From Nanobdellati archaeon (GTDB lineage: Archaea > EX4484-52 > WAPT01), in assembly GCA_027038505.1 (NCBI GenBank), contig JALVWC010000013.1, positions 55,795 through 119,794 on the forward strand: 64,000 nucleotides of DNA, in the 5' to 3' direction. Under the pieces are notes generated by a model. The model did not search any database, was not told the DNA's origin, and saw only the letters and a list, made by a program, of their open reading frames with translations. A program made the translations under genes and the position numbers. Each line of letters starts with the position of its first letter. Position 1 is the stretch's first letter. Shown in pieces: positions 48,500 to 59,843 of this stretch.

Positions 48500-48889
48500 A
48501 TGTTTAGGTTTAGAAGAGAATCTCTAAGAAGGAAACGAAGAAAAGGACAGTTTTATCTTCTTGCGGTCATAGTCCTTCTTCTCAGTTTTGGTCATTTACT
48601 GTCCTCTTTGGGTGGTAATCTCGTCTTTGACCTCAGCAAGGTGATGGGTAATGAGTATTATCTGATAAACTTCAAAATCACGAGAGACATAGAGTTGCTA
48701 AACAAAACGTGCACAAGAGAACAGCTAGATATTTATGTTCCCTGGTATATGAGCGTGGTATCACGTGAGTATTCCAAACGGGGTATCGTGATCAAGTGGT
48801 TCTACGGTTATGGGTTTACTCCACGGATTTTGAAGTTCACCATAGCATCTGAAGACTACTACTTAGAAAAAATTATGACTTTGAAGTAA
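48500..48889 (+). CDS. small pilin-like protein with archaeal class III signal peptide
   Basis: MFRFRRESLRRKRRKGQ-FYLLAVIVLLLSFG has the [KR]GQ cleavage motif followed by a hydrophobic helix. 129 aa. Confidence 0.55.
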   Translation: MFRFRRESLRRKRRKGQFYLLAVIVLLLSFGHLLSSLGGNLVFDLSKVMGNEYYLINFKITRDIELLNKTCTREQLDIYVPWYMSVVSREYSKRGIVIKWFYGYGFTPRILKFTIASEDYYLEKIMTLK

Positions 48890-48917
48890 GACCTTGGGGG
48901 AAGAACTCCGGTGGATT

Positions 48918-50099
48918 TTATACTACCGATGCGGCAACATCGCCAAACATCTTGCGGAATGCTTCTTTATCCTTCTGCTTCATAAGCCTGAGCAGAGGTA
49001 TGTAGGTTCTTGCCACATTTCTGGAGCAGTGCAGCTTCTTGGACAGTTTCTCCAGCAGCTGGAGTAACTGCTCCCTTTCCTCCTTGCTCTGACTGAGCCG
49101 CTTGAGTTTGGCGGGATATCTGTACTTCACGAACTTTCTGTACTTTTGATCTTTGGCCGTAGCCACACCCACGGAGAGAAGCTGCATGATGTAAACTATG
49201 AATCTCCAGTATTGCTGTCTTACGATCCTCCCTCTGAAAACATCCGCCCTTGAAATAAAATAGTATGCCCTGAGCAGATCATCGACCTTCTCATACTCAA
49301 GCGGGACGTTTTCCCTCACCCATAAAATGAACTCATCAGGATCCTTTTCGAGGTTGGAAACGGCCCAGTTTGCAACGTCAGCTTTCTCCGTCTTGAAAAT
49401 TATGCGCAACGCCTCGAATATATTTCTCTCAGTGTCTCTGTAACCGGCGATTTTAACATCCTCGAGTGTTATTTTGCTCTTCCCTTCCGCTATCAGCTGC
49501 AAATCGTTTATCGCAGCTTTCAAATCGCCGTTAGCATTGTTCGCGATCATGCTGATCGCTTCCTCATCAAACTGAATTCCCTCTCTTATCAGTATCTCCT
49601 TGAGCCTTCTGGCTATGCTCCTCGCATCCACTTTTTTGAATTCCACCATCTCGCACAGGTTTCTCAGCGGACGTAATGCTGGCACATACGGATCGTTCGC
49701 TATCAGAATAATGGGGAATCTCGTTTTCCTGATTATCTCGATGATGGCAGCAACAGCACCTTTGTCCTCAGCACCCGCTATTCCATCAACCTCATCGAAA
49801 ACCATGAGCTTTCCTTTATAGAAGAGTGATGATTGCTGCATAGCACTTTCGAACTTGTCCTTTATGACTTCCCCCGCCCTGAGATCGGAAGCGTTCGTCT
49901 CTATCAGGAAGAGGTTGAATTTTTTTGCAAGCAAACCCATGAGCGTTGTCTTGCCCACACCCGGCGGGCCGTAGATGAGGAGGGCCTTTTTCGGTTCGTT
50001 CTTCCAGTTGGAAAGCCAGTTGAGAATCCGCGCTACAGCTTCTCTGTTCCCCACGAACTCCTCAAGGGTTTTTGGAGCATGCTTGTGTATCCAGAGCAT
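48918..50099 (-). CDS. rfcL: replication factor C large subunit
   Basis: HKHAPKTLEEFVGNREA...LLIYGPPGVGKTT...MVFDEVDG AAA+ clamp-loader motifs. 393 aa. Confidence 0.75.
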   Translation of the reverse strand: MLWIHKHAPKTLEEFVGNREAVARILNWLSNWKNEPKKALLIYGPPGVGKTTLMGLLAKKFNLFLIETNASDLRAGEVIKDKFESAMQQSSLFYKGKLMVFDEVDGIAGAEDKGAVAAIIEIIRKTRFPIILIANDPYVPALRPLRNLCEMVEFKKVDARSIARRLKEILIREGIQFDEEAISMIANNANGDLKAAINDLQLIAEGKSKITLEDVKIAGYRDTERNIFEALRIIFKTEKADVANWAVSNLEKDPDEFILWVRENVPLEYEKVDDLLRAYYFISRADVFRGRIVRQQYWRFIVYIMQLLSVGVATAKDQKYRKFVKYRYPAKLKRLSQSKEEREQLLQLLEKLSKKLHCSRNVARTYIPLLRLMKQKDKEAFRKMFGDVAASVV

Positions 50100-50198
50100 A
50101 TTTTACTTTGGGAGACGAACAAATTTAAAGAAAACCTCTCCAAACCACAGGTTTAGCATCAGAGACTAAAAAATTGATTAAAAGTGGGGTGGTGACGA

Positions 50199-52478
<2,280 letters not shown>

Positions 52479-52503
52479 TTAACGAAGAGGGGAAGATACT
52501 GTA

Positions 52504-52968
52504 TTACTCGACCTTCACTCTGGTGCCTTTCGTGCCCTCCTTGGCCTTCGGTATCCTTATCTCCAGCACACCGTTCTTGTAGGTGGCCTTGGCTTCTTCC
52601 GGCTTCACCTCGGCAGGTAATGGTATGACTCTGTAGAAGCCCCTGTAACTCCTCTCCATTCTGTAAATCCCTTCTTTCTCTTCCTTGTGCTCTTCTTTTA
52701 TCTCGGCCTTTACTTCTACAGCATTCTCCGTTACGTTGACCTCGATGTCATCCTTCTTCACCCCTGGTAGCTCCACGGTAACAATGACCTCCTTATCAGT
52801 CTCAAAGACGTCCGCCAGTGGCTCTCTGAAACCTTCAAGGGCCGGGCCTTTCCATCCGAATTTTATTCTCGCGGGACCGAACTCGAAGTCCCAGTCCTCC
52901 TCAAACAGCCTTTCCATCCTGTCTATAAGCCTATGCATCTCTTCAAAAGGATCACGTCTCCACACCAT
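52504..52968 (-). CDS. hsp20: small heat shock protein (Hsp20/alpha-crystallin family)
   Basis: Alpha-crystallin domain VTVELPGVKKDDIEVNV...RMERSYRGFYRVIPLPAEV. 154 aa. Confidence 0.85.
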   Translation of the reverse strand: MVWRRDPFEEMHRLIDRMERLFEEDWDFEFGPARIKFGWKGPALEGFREPLADVFETDKEVIVTVELPGVKKDDIEVNVTENAVEVKAEIKEEHKEEKEGIYRMERSYRGFYRVIPLPAEVKPEEAKATYKNGVLEIRIPKAKEGTKGTRVKVE

Positions 52969-53086
52969 ATCCCATCACCTCCTGATCTTTGTATAATTGA
53001 TTTTGTTTTTGACGAAATCATCTCAACAATAATTATAATTTATCGAAAGATTTAAAAAAGTTTTACAGTGGTAAATATGATTAATT

Positions 53087-53488
53087 ATGAGGAAGGAGAT
53101 CACGGTAAAAGAAAAAAAGCTCCCGGATGAAGAGAGTTTTGAGGAAATGCTCGAGTGGATTTGTGATTGCCTGGGATTGGTTAAGGGAAGGGATATCGAA
53201 AAGACATCCGCAAAGCTTTTGCTGTGCATCCTGAAACATTCCATAAAAAACGAGCCTGCAAAGCCTGAAGTTCTCGCTCGGGAAGTGAAGCTCTCCAGGA
53301 GTACGGTGATACACCACATCCAGAAGTATGTGAGGGCGGGCATGATCGTGAGGACGCAGGGCGGCTACGAGTTAAGGGAAAGGACGCTGGAAGGAACCAT
53401 AAGGGAAATAGAGAGGGATATAGAAAAGGAGTTTGAGAGAATAAGAAGGATAGCAAGGAAGATAGATGAGGAACTGCGCAGTTCATGA
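53087..53488 (+). CDS. winged-helix transcriptional regulator, candidate heat-shock regulator (Phr/HSR1-like by context)
   Basis: wHTH segment PEVLAREVKLSRSTVIHHIQKYVRAGMIVRTQGGYEL. Divergent from the hsp20-cdc48 pair. Confidence 0.45.
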   Translation: MRKEITVKEKKLPDEESFEEMLEWICDCLGLVKGRDIEKTSAKLLLCILKHSIKNEPAKPEVLAREVKLSRSTVIHHIQKYVRAGMIVRTQGGYELRERTLEGTIREIERDIEKEFERIRRIARKIDEELRSS

Positions 53489-53669
53489 AAGATCGCCTTA
53501 TTTTTTGCACATTCAATTCGGCTTCCCCCAACGGCGAAAAATTAAATATTTAAAAATCTTACCCAACACAAACAGTACATTACCCTCATGACCCAACACG
53601 GAAACATAACAAAGTTTCCTGATGCTGTAAAATTAAACCATACAAAAAATTCTACAGGACGGTGATGGA

Positions 53670-54194
53670 ATGGCAACGGTATATGATGTGGATCCGAACA
53701 TGCTGATTGAGAGAGCGGCACAGAAGCTGAAGGGGGTCGATGCCATAAAACCGCCAGCATGGGCTGCTTATGTGAAAACAGGCAGACATAAGGAAAGAGT
53801 CCCCGACCAGCCGGACTGGTGGTACTACAGGGCTGCTGCCATCCTGAGGCAGATATACATAAGGCCGAGGGGTATTTCAAGGCTTAGAAGGAAGTATGGA
53901 GGCAAGAAAAACAGGGGGCATGCGCCCGAAAGATTTTATCCGGGAAGTGGGAGCATAATAAGGAAGTGTCTACAGCAGCTTGAGGTGGCGGGGTTTGTTA
54001 AGAAAGGCCCGAAAGGGAGGGAGGTAACTCCCGAAGGTAGGAGCTTTTTGGATAAAATTGCAACTGAGATTGTGAGGGAACTGGAGGAGAAGGAAAGGAG
54101 CACAACTTCACAGACTGAGAAGGGGGACGTGAAGGAAAAGAAGGATAAAAAGGGGAAGAAAGAAAGCAAAACCAAAACAAAAAATTCAAAGTGA
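53670..54194 (+). CDS. rps19e: ribosomal protein S19e (eS19) with K/E-rich C-terminal tail
   Basis: [57 protein letters not shown] is the eS19 signature. Confidence 0.85.
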   Translation: MATVYDVDPNMLIERAAQKLKGVDAIKPPAWAAYVKTGRHKERVPDQPDWWYYRAAAILRQIYIRPRGISRLRRKYGGKKNRGHAPERFYPGSGSIIRKCLQQLEVAGFVKKGPKGREVTPEGRSFLDKIATEIVRELEEKERSTTSQTEKGDVKEKKDKKGKKESKTKTKNSK

Positions 54195-54227
54195 GGTGCA
54201 CAACCGTTCTTTTGGGTGTGGTGTCTC

Positions 54228-54563
54228 ATGGATGAGCTCGCTGAGATAAAGAGAAGGAAAATGGAGGAATACATGAAGGCAATGCAGCTCCAGAATGCTG
54301 AAGAAGCTGAGGCTGCCAGACAGCAGGCAGCCATTGAAATGCAGATAAAAGCCCTCATGCAGAGGCTGCTTGAACCTGCAGCCAGAGAGAGGCTCGCAAA
54401 TGTAAGGCTTGTCAAGCCGGAGCTGGCAAAGCAAGTTGAGATGCTCATACTCCAACTGTATCAGTCGGGAAGGATAAGGCAACCGATAACTGAGGAGCAG
54501 CTTAAGAGCCTGCTGAACGCTCTTTCAAGCGGAAAGAAAGAATGGAATATCAAAAGGCTGTGA
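54228..54563 (+). CDS. PDCD5-like dsDNA-binding protein (conserved member of the S19e-L39e-L31e-aIF6 cluster)
   Basis: MDELAEIKRRKMEEY...LEPAARERLANVRLVKPELAKQVEMLILQL is the PDCD5/TFAR19 fold pattern. I used the ATG at 54228. Confidence 0.7.
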   Translation: MDELAEIKRRKMEEYMKAMQLQNAEEAEAARQQAAIEMQIKALMQRLLEPAARERLANVRLVKPELAKQVEMLILQLYQSGRIRQPITEEQLKSLLNALSSGKKEWNIKRL

Positions 54564-54577
54564 TGTGGTGAGCATCT

Positions 54578-54757
54578 ATGGGCCGTTACAAAACGGGATG
54601 GCAGAAGATGAAACTGGTCAAAGCCAAAAAAAGCGCAAAAGCGGCTCCACGCTGGATAGATCTGCGCGTCTTTGGCCTCGGAAGAGCGAGGTTCAGATCC
54701 GTTAAGAGGTTCCGCTCAAGACACTGGAGAAGGGGTGCAAGCAAAATAGACTTTTAA
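54578..54757 (+). CDS. rpl39e: ribosomal protein L39e (eL39)
   Basis: 59-aa ORF MGRYKTGWQKMKLVKAKKSAKAAPRWIDLRVFGLGRARFRSVKRFRSRHWRRGASKIDF. It is not in the ORF track (under 60 aa) but sits at the conserved position between PDCD5-like and L31e. Confidence 0.7.
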   Translation: MGRYKTGWQKMKLVKAKKSAKAAPRWIDLRVFGLGRARFRSVKRFRSRHWRRGASKIDF

Positions 54758-54770
54758 GGCGGTGGTCTGA

Positions 54771-55244
54771 ATGACCGAGGTGAAGGTTGAGATACAAAGG
54801 GAGATGCTTTACACAGTCCCGCTCAAGTATGCGTGGTACGGGCCTCACAACGATAGAACGAGAAAGGCTGTTGACATACTCAAGAGATTCATCATGAGAC
54901 ACATGAAGGTTAAGGAGGTAAAGATAACGCAGGAGCTTAACGAGAAGCTGTGGGAAAGGGGGATGAAAAATCCGCCCCGCAGGATAAGAGTCAGGGCCGC
55001 AAAGGTTGGTGAGGACCTTGCATGGGTAACCCTGCCGGAGCATAAGTTCCCGTTTGAGAGGGTAAAGAAGGAGGAAAAGGAAGAGGCTGCTGAAAAACCC
55101 GAAGAAAAGAAGGCTGAAGGAGAAGAGAAAAAAGCAATTGAGGATGAAGGTAAAACGGTGGTAGAAACAAAGGAAAAGGAAAGCAAAGTAAAAGAGAAAA
55201 AACGGGTGGGGAAAAAGAAGCTGAGAAAAGCACAGCGAAAATGA
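54771..55244 (+). CDS. rpl31e: ribosomal protein L31e (eL31) with long K/E-rich C-terminal extension
   Basis: REMLYTVPLKYAWYGPHNDRTRKAVDILKRFIMRHMK...RIRVRAAKVGEDLAWVTL. Confidence 0.85.
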   Translation: MTEVKVEIQREMLYTVPLKYAWYGPHNDRTRKAVDILKRFIMRHMKVKEVKITQELNEKLWERGMKNPPRRIRVRAAKVGEDLAWVTLPEHKFPFERVKKEEKEEAAEKPEEKKAEGEEKKAIEDEGKTVVETKEKESKVKEKKRVGKKKLRKAQRK

Positions 55245-55335
55245 AAGAAAAGGAGAAAACTAAGGAAGAAGGGGAGGAAAAGAAAGAGAGTGAGGAGAAT
55301 AGCGGAAAAAAATAAAACTCCGGTGATGTTCTCGG

Positions 55336-56007
55336 ATGGTTCATGTTGCAAAGATAAGCTACAACGGAGATATAAACATAGGGTTGTTCGCAACAGCAAC
55401 CGACAGGTTCGTACTCACACCCCATGATTACCCGAGGGTGGATGAGGTTCTCCATGTGCCTCAGATATTCTGCAGTATTGCAGATACACCTCTTATAGGT
55501 CTGTTCGTGGCAGCCAACTCAAATGGACTGCTTCTGCCGAAAATAGTGGAGGAAAAGGAAAGAGAGACCATAAAGAAAGCTTTGAGGGATGCGGGCATAG
55601 ATATCAACATCGCCACCCTCAGATCCAAGCACACGGTGCTCGGCAACCTCGTGGTTTGCAATGATAAAGGAGCTGTGATATCCGAAAACCTGAAATCATC
55701 GAAAAAGAAGATAGAGAACACCCTCGGTGTGGAGGTGAGCATCTCAAGAATCGCAAGGAGTAAGCTCCCCGGGAGCTACACGGTAGCAACAAACAAGGGC
55801 TTTTTACTCTCCAACCTCGGCAGCGAGGAGGACTACGAGGTGCTGGAAAAGACCCTGCATGTTGAGGGTGATCTGGGTAGCGTGAACTTTGGTAGCTGTT
55901 TTGTGAGAAGCGGCATTGTTGCTAACTCTTACGGCTACGTGGTGGGCGAGCAGACAACCGGAGTTGAAATAGCAAGAATAGACGAGGCGCTTGGCTTTCT
56001 GAAATAA
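55336..56007 (+). CDS. eif6: translation initiation factor 6 (aIF6)
   Basis: ISYNGDINIGLFATATDRFVLTP...LIGLFVAANSNGLLLP pentein repeats. Confidence 0.85.
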   Translation: MVHVAKISYNGDINIGLFATATDRFVLTPHDYPRVDEVLHVPQIFCSIADTPLIGLFVAANSNGLLLPKIVEEKERETIKKALRDAGIDINIATLRSKHTVLGNLVVCNDKGAVISENLKSSKKKIENTLGVEVSISRIARSKLPGSYTVATNKGFLLSNLGSEEDYEVLEKTLHVEGDLGSVNFGSCFVRSGIVANSYGYVVGEQTTGVEIARIDEALGFLK

Positions 56008-56053
56008 AAATGTGATAAAAAAAGAGCGGAATTTGGAGCTTAGCTTTAATATC

Positions 56054-57364
56054 TCACGGCACAAGCCTCTCCGGATCCCTGGGTGTTAGTGATGCTTCTC
56101 TGACATTTTTCAGGTTGAGCATTTTCATCGTTAACCTCTCTATTCCGAGGCCAAAGCCAGCATGCGGTGGCATTCCATACTTGAAGAAGCGCAAATGATC
56201 GAATTGCTCCACGGCAAGACCTTTGTCCTTTATGTTCTTCACCCTCTCCACATACCTGTGCTCTCTCTGCCCTCCTGAAGTTATCTCAAGCCCACGATAA
56301 AGCAGATCGAATGAATGCGTAATTTCGGGATTGTCCTCATGCCTCATGAGATAAAATGGCTTCTTAGCAAATGGGAAGCTGTGTACCAGCACGAACTCGC
56401 TTTCCTCATTTTCTGCAAAGTAGCTGCAGAGCCTTCTTTCACCCTCCGGAGTTAGATCGTGCTCATCAGTTTCAACACCCAAACCCTTCAGAATTTCGTT
56501 GGCCTCCCAAAAACTGACCTCCGGAATCTTTTTGGGAAAGGTGATCTCAACACCCATTTTCTCAAGGAACTTCATCACCAACTCGTCCTTATTTAATTTT
56601 TCAAACGCATATCTTAACATCCCTTCCTGAATTTCAAGCACATCCTTCATGGTTGTCACAACCATTTCCACATCAAAGGAAACGTACTCACAGAGGTGCC
56701 TTGGCGTGTGGTGCGGCTCCGCTCTGTAAACCATACCAACATCGTACACCCTATCTATGCCGGAGACGAGCACGCTCTCCTTATAAAGCTGCGGACTCTG
56801 GGCAAGGAAAGCTTCCTTGTTGAAGTAGAGAATCGGGAAATAGTCCGCTCCACCTTCAGTAGCGGCGCTCGTTACCCTTGAGGTGAAGATCCTCACAAAG
56901 CGATTCTTCCTCAGGAATTCCTCCATGTATCCCACGAGCTTGCTCTGGAAGATGAAGATTCCAAGCACATCCGGATTTTTCATGTCTATGAAGCGCCAAT
57001 CAAGCCTTTTGTCCAGCGTGCTCTCTATTTTCCCGGACACATCTATTGGAAGCGGTGCCTCACTTTCAGCCATAACTTCAATTTTGGATAGAACAACCTC
57101 CCTTCCACCGTAGGGGGCTTTCTCGTTAGCAACAGCCTTGCCTTCCACAACAACAAAATCTTCTTTTGAGAGGTTCTTCACTTTCTCGAATACCTCATCT
57201 CCGCACGCCTTTCTATTTGCCACAACCTGAATTAGGCCTGTCGGATCACGAAGTATTACGAATGCGAGCTTGCCAAGATCCCTTATCTCATAGACGTGGC
57301 CGGCAAGCTTCACCTCCTCATCCGGCTTGATCTCGGCTATGTATCTGTTCCTCAGCATTGTCAT
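56054..57364 (-). CDS. aspS: aspartyl-tRNA synthetase, archaeal type (class IIb)
   Basis: ATEGGADYFP, AFLAQSPQLYKE, GGQREHR, KYGMPPHAGFGLGIERL and TPRDPERLVP motifs match archaeal AspRS. 436 aa. Confidence 0.8.
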   Translation of the reverse strand: MTMLRNRYIAEIKPDEEVKLAGHVYEIRDLGKLAFVILRDPTGLIQVVANRKACGDEVFEKVKNLSKEDFVVVEGKAVANEKAPYGGREVVLSKIEVMAESEAPLPIDVSGKIESTLDKRLDWRFIDMKNPDVLGIFIFQSKLVGYMEEFLRKNRFVRIFTSRVTSAATEGGADYFPILYFNKEAFLAQSPQLYKESVLVSGIDRVYDVGMVYRAEPHHTPRHLCEYVSFDVEMVVTTMKDVLEIQEGMLRYAFEKLNKDELVMKFLEKMGVEITFPKKIPEVSFWEANEILKGLGVETDEHDLTPEGERRLCSYFAENEESEFVLVHSFPFAKKPFYLMRHEDNPEITHSFDLLYRGLEITSGGQREHRYVERVKNIKDKGLAVEQFDHLRFFKYGMPPHAGFGLGIERLTMKMLNLKNVREASLTPRDPERLVP

Positions 57365-57420
57365 ACCCCCAAAACAGTTGTAATGCTGTTTGTTTTTTCA
57401 AGCTGAGTTTTTTATTTGTA

Positions 57421-57744
57421 TCATCCGGCGAGATAATTGTAGAAAAACACCCAGGCGGCATACCATGCTGTCAAAAAGGGAAAGACGGTCAGACCTTTTA
57501 TTTCCCCTTTTTCAAGAGATTTTATTGCTCGAACCATCCCCTGGTGGTAAACAAAAAGGAAGAGCAAACCGGTGATTATTGCTGTGCTGCTCTTTGAGAT
57601 GAGCGCGGCAGAAGCGTAACCCATCATGATGCCGAGGAGTATGGAAAGTGTGGTTACAATCAGGCCAATATTTTCGCGCGATTTTTCATCAGCTTTGCCA
57701 TCCTTTTTGCTTTTTTCGTGCTTTTCCTTCTTATCACCCGCCAT
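57421..57744 (-). CDS. small membrane protein, hypothetical
   Basis: 107 aa. Lys-rich N-terminus followed by 2-3 predicted TM helices. Confidence 0.35.
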   Translation of the reverse strand: MAGDKKEKHEKSKKDGKADEKSRENIGLIVTTLSILLGIMMGYASAALISKSSTAIITGLLFLFVYHQGMVRAIKSLEKGEIKGLTVFPFLTAWYAAWVFFYNYLAG

Positions 57745-57776
57745 GCTCTTAAAGTGCAGCGGGAGCTTTTTAAATG

Positions 57777-58879
57777 TTAGTCAAACAACATCTCCTCCTC
57801 GATTCTCGAAGCAAGAGAGAAGACGAGCAGCATAGCACCTAAGACCACAAAGGTAAGGTTCAGGTTAATGTCCATGCTTTTTCCCACGGCAGGATTCATG
57901 AAGACGAGCAGCAGGGATCTTGTCATACTTATGAAGGAAAGAGTCGTGGCTCTTGTCTGAGATTCAAGAAATTTGTTTATGTAATTTATCATAACTTGTC
58001 CCCTTGCCATTCTGAACGCTAATCCGAGGGATATAGCAACTATCAGCGCAATCCAGTTTGAGGATGTTCCAAGCACAAGGTAACACACAGCAGGGAGCAT
58101 GGCAGATAACAACAGATAGTTCTTTTTTCCACCAACCATTCTCTCCATTTTCTCAACAAGATGAAGCGTGATTATTTCGCTTGCTATTATACCAGCATGG
58201 ACAAAACCAAAGAGTGCAATGGGAAATCCAACCTGCATCAGCTTGGCCTGATAACACCAGATGAAAAAGTAGGTTAATGTATTGACTACAACAGCATCCA
58301 GCGCAAGCGTCCTGACCTCCCTCGAACTTCTGATGAGTTTAATGCTCCTTTTCAAAATCTGGGAGTAGGCGACATGGTCATGCTTTTCATGCAGTGCCGG
58401 CTCCTTCAGTGTTAATGCTATCAGAAACGCGAGAAAGAAGGGAATAGCCGTTAAAAGCATGGTTGCCCTCACACCAAAATAATGCGCGATCACACTGCCG
58501 ATAGGAGCCGAAATTCCCATTCCAAGCAGGTCAATCTGCCCAGTCGTATGAAAACCCTCTTTGATTCCTTCTCCCTTCCGATCTCCTTCAGCGTGTCGTA
58601 AACAAAGGCCTCCTCAGCTCCGGAGAGAAAGCTAATTCCTGTTCCAAAAAGGGATTCAGCAAGAACAAAGATCCAGAAATCCGGGTAGCTGGTATAGATG
58701 ATGGCTCCAGCTGTAATGAGGAGAAAACCGATGGCGATGGAAACCTTTCTCCCGAGTTTGTCAGCCACAACACCCGTTGGTGCCTCCCCCACCAAAATCG
58801 TACCCTGAAAGATGGCCTGCAACACCATGATTCGGGTGAAATCCAGACCGCCCCACAACGTAAAAAACGGGATAAGCAC
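57777..58879 (-). pseudogene. MFS transporter disrupted by frameshift and lacking a canonical start codon
   Basis: Two overlapping ORFs in different frames (58490..58879 and 57777..58520) together give an MFS topology. Upstream in-frame sequence ...IKELAGNIKKVYILNFLTSFEFFSAVLIPFF has no ATG/GTG/TTG before TM1. Confidence 0.5.
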
Positions 58880-59012
58880 AGCTGAAAAGAACTCGAATGA
58901 TGTTAGGAAATTGAGAATGTAAACTTTCTTTATGTTTCCCGCGAGCTCTTTTATTCATGGAATGTTTGAATACGGAATCCATATAAAAAGGTTGTTGCCG
59001 AACAGAAATGAT

Positions 59013-59480
59013 ATGGTGGAGATCCGTGAGGCGTCTTTGCGGGATGTTGAAGCCATAGTCGAATTGAACAAGAAACTGGCAGACATCCATGCTGAAATTG
59101 ATGAGATTTATAAGAGAGGGTGCGAAACTTCCAAGGGCTTCAGAAACCATGTTGAGAGCTTAATCTCCAGCGAGAATGCTTCGCTGTTGGTTGCCGAAAT
59201 GGATGGCAGAGTAGCGGGCTACATGATTGGGTTAATCGAGAAACCAAGACCGTTCTTAAAGCTTGAGAAAATTGGCAGGATTTCCGATGCGTACGTTGAC
59301 TTTGAGTACAGAAAAAAGGGTGTCGGTAGAGCGCTTCTTAACCGCTTGCTGGAATGGTTCAGGAGTAATGGAGTTGAGTACATCACGCTTTCCGTTGATG
59401 TTAGAAACAGAGCTGGTTACTCTTTCTGGAGGAAGATGGGCTTTGAGGACTGGATGGTGAGGATGATAAGGAGGGTTTAA
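59013..59480 (+). CDS. GNAT family N-acetyltransferase
   Basis: LVAEMDGRVAGYMIGLI...DAYVDFEYRKKGVGRALLNRLLEW...ITLSVDVRNRAGYSFWRKMGF are the GNAT motifs. I chose the start at MVEIREASLRDVEA. Confidence 0.75.
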   Translation: MVEIREASLRDVEAIVELNKKLADIHAEIDEIYKRGCETSKGFRNHVESLISSENASLLVAEMDGRVAGYMIGLIEKPRPFLKLEKIGRISDAYVDFEYRKKGVGRALLNRLLEWFRSNGVEYITLSVDVRNRAGYSFWRKMGFEDWMVRMIRRV

Positions 59481-59482
59481 AA

Positions 59483-59761
59483 ATGCTGGAAGAGATGGGA
59501 GATGGCACTGTGTTGCACGTTATTGTGGTGCCAAACGCAAAAAAGAACGAGATTGTCGGAGTGGATGAAACCAGAGGAAGGCTGAAGGTGAAGATAAGAG
59601 CACCTCCTGTTGAAGGAAGAGCAAACAAAGAGCTTGTTGGCTTTCTCTCCAAACTTTTTGGCGCGAGAGTTGAAATTTTGAGGGGGGAGAAAAGCAGGGA
59701 GAAAGATGTGCTCGTTGCTGGAAAGGGTGTTGATGAGATCAGAGCATTGCTGCATTTGTAA
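59483..59761 (+). CDS. DUF167 (YggU/UPF0235) family protein
   Basis: VLHVIVVPNAKKNEIVGVDETRGRLKVKIRAPPVEGRANKELVGFLSKLFG is the typical DUF167 sequence. Confidence 0.7.
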   Translation: MLEEMGDGTVLHVIVVPNAKKNEIVGVDETRGRLKVKIRAPPVEGRANKELVGFLSKLFGARVEILRGEKSREKDVLVAGKGVDEIRALLHL

Positions 59762-59843
59762 ATTATGAAGATTCGCAGCCCCTTCGCATGAGCTTCCACA
59801 CACTAAAAAAGTTTTATAGTCGGAAATCATCACATTAAATAAA

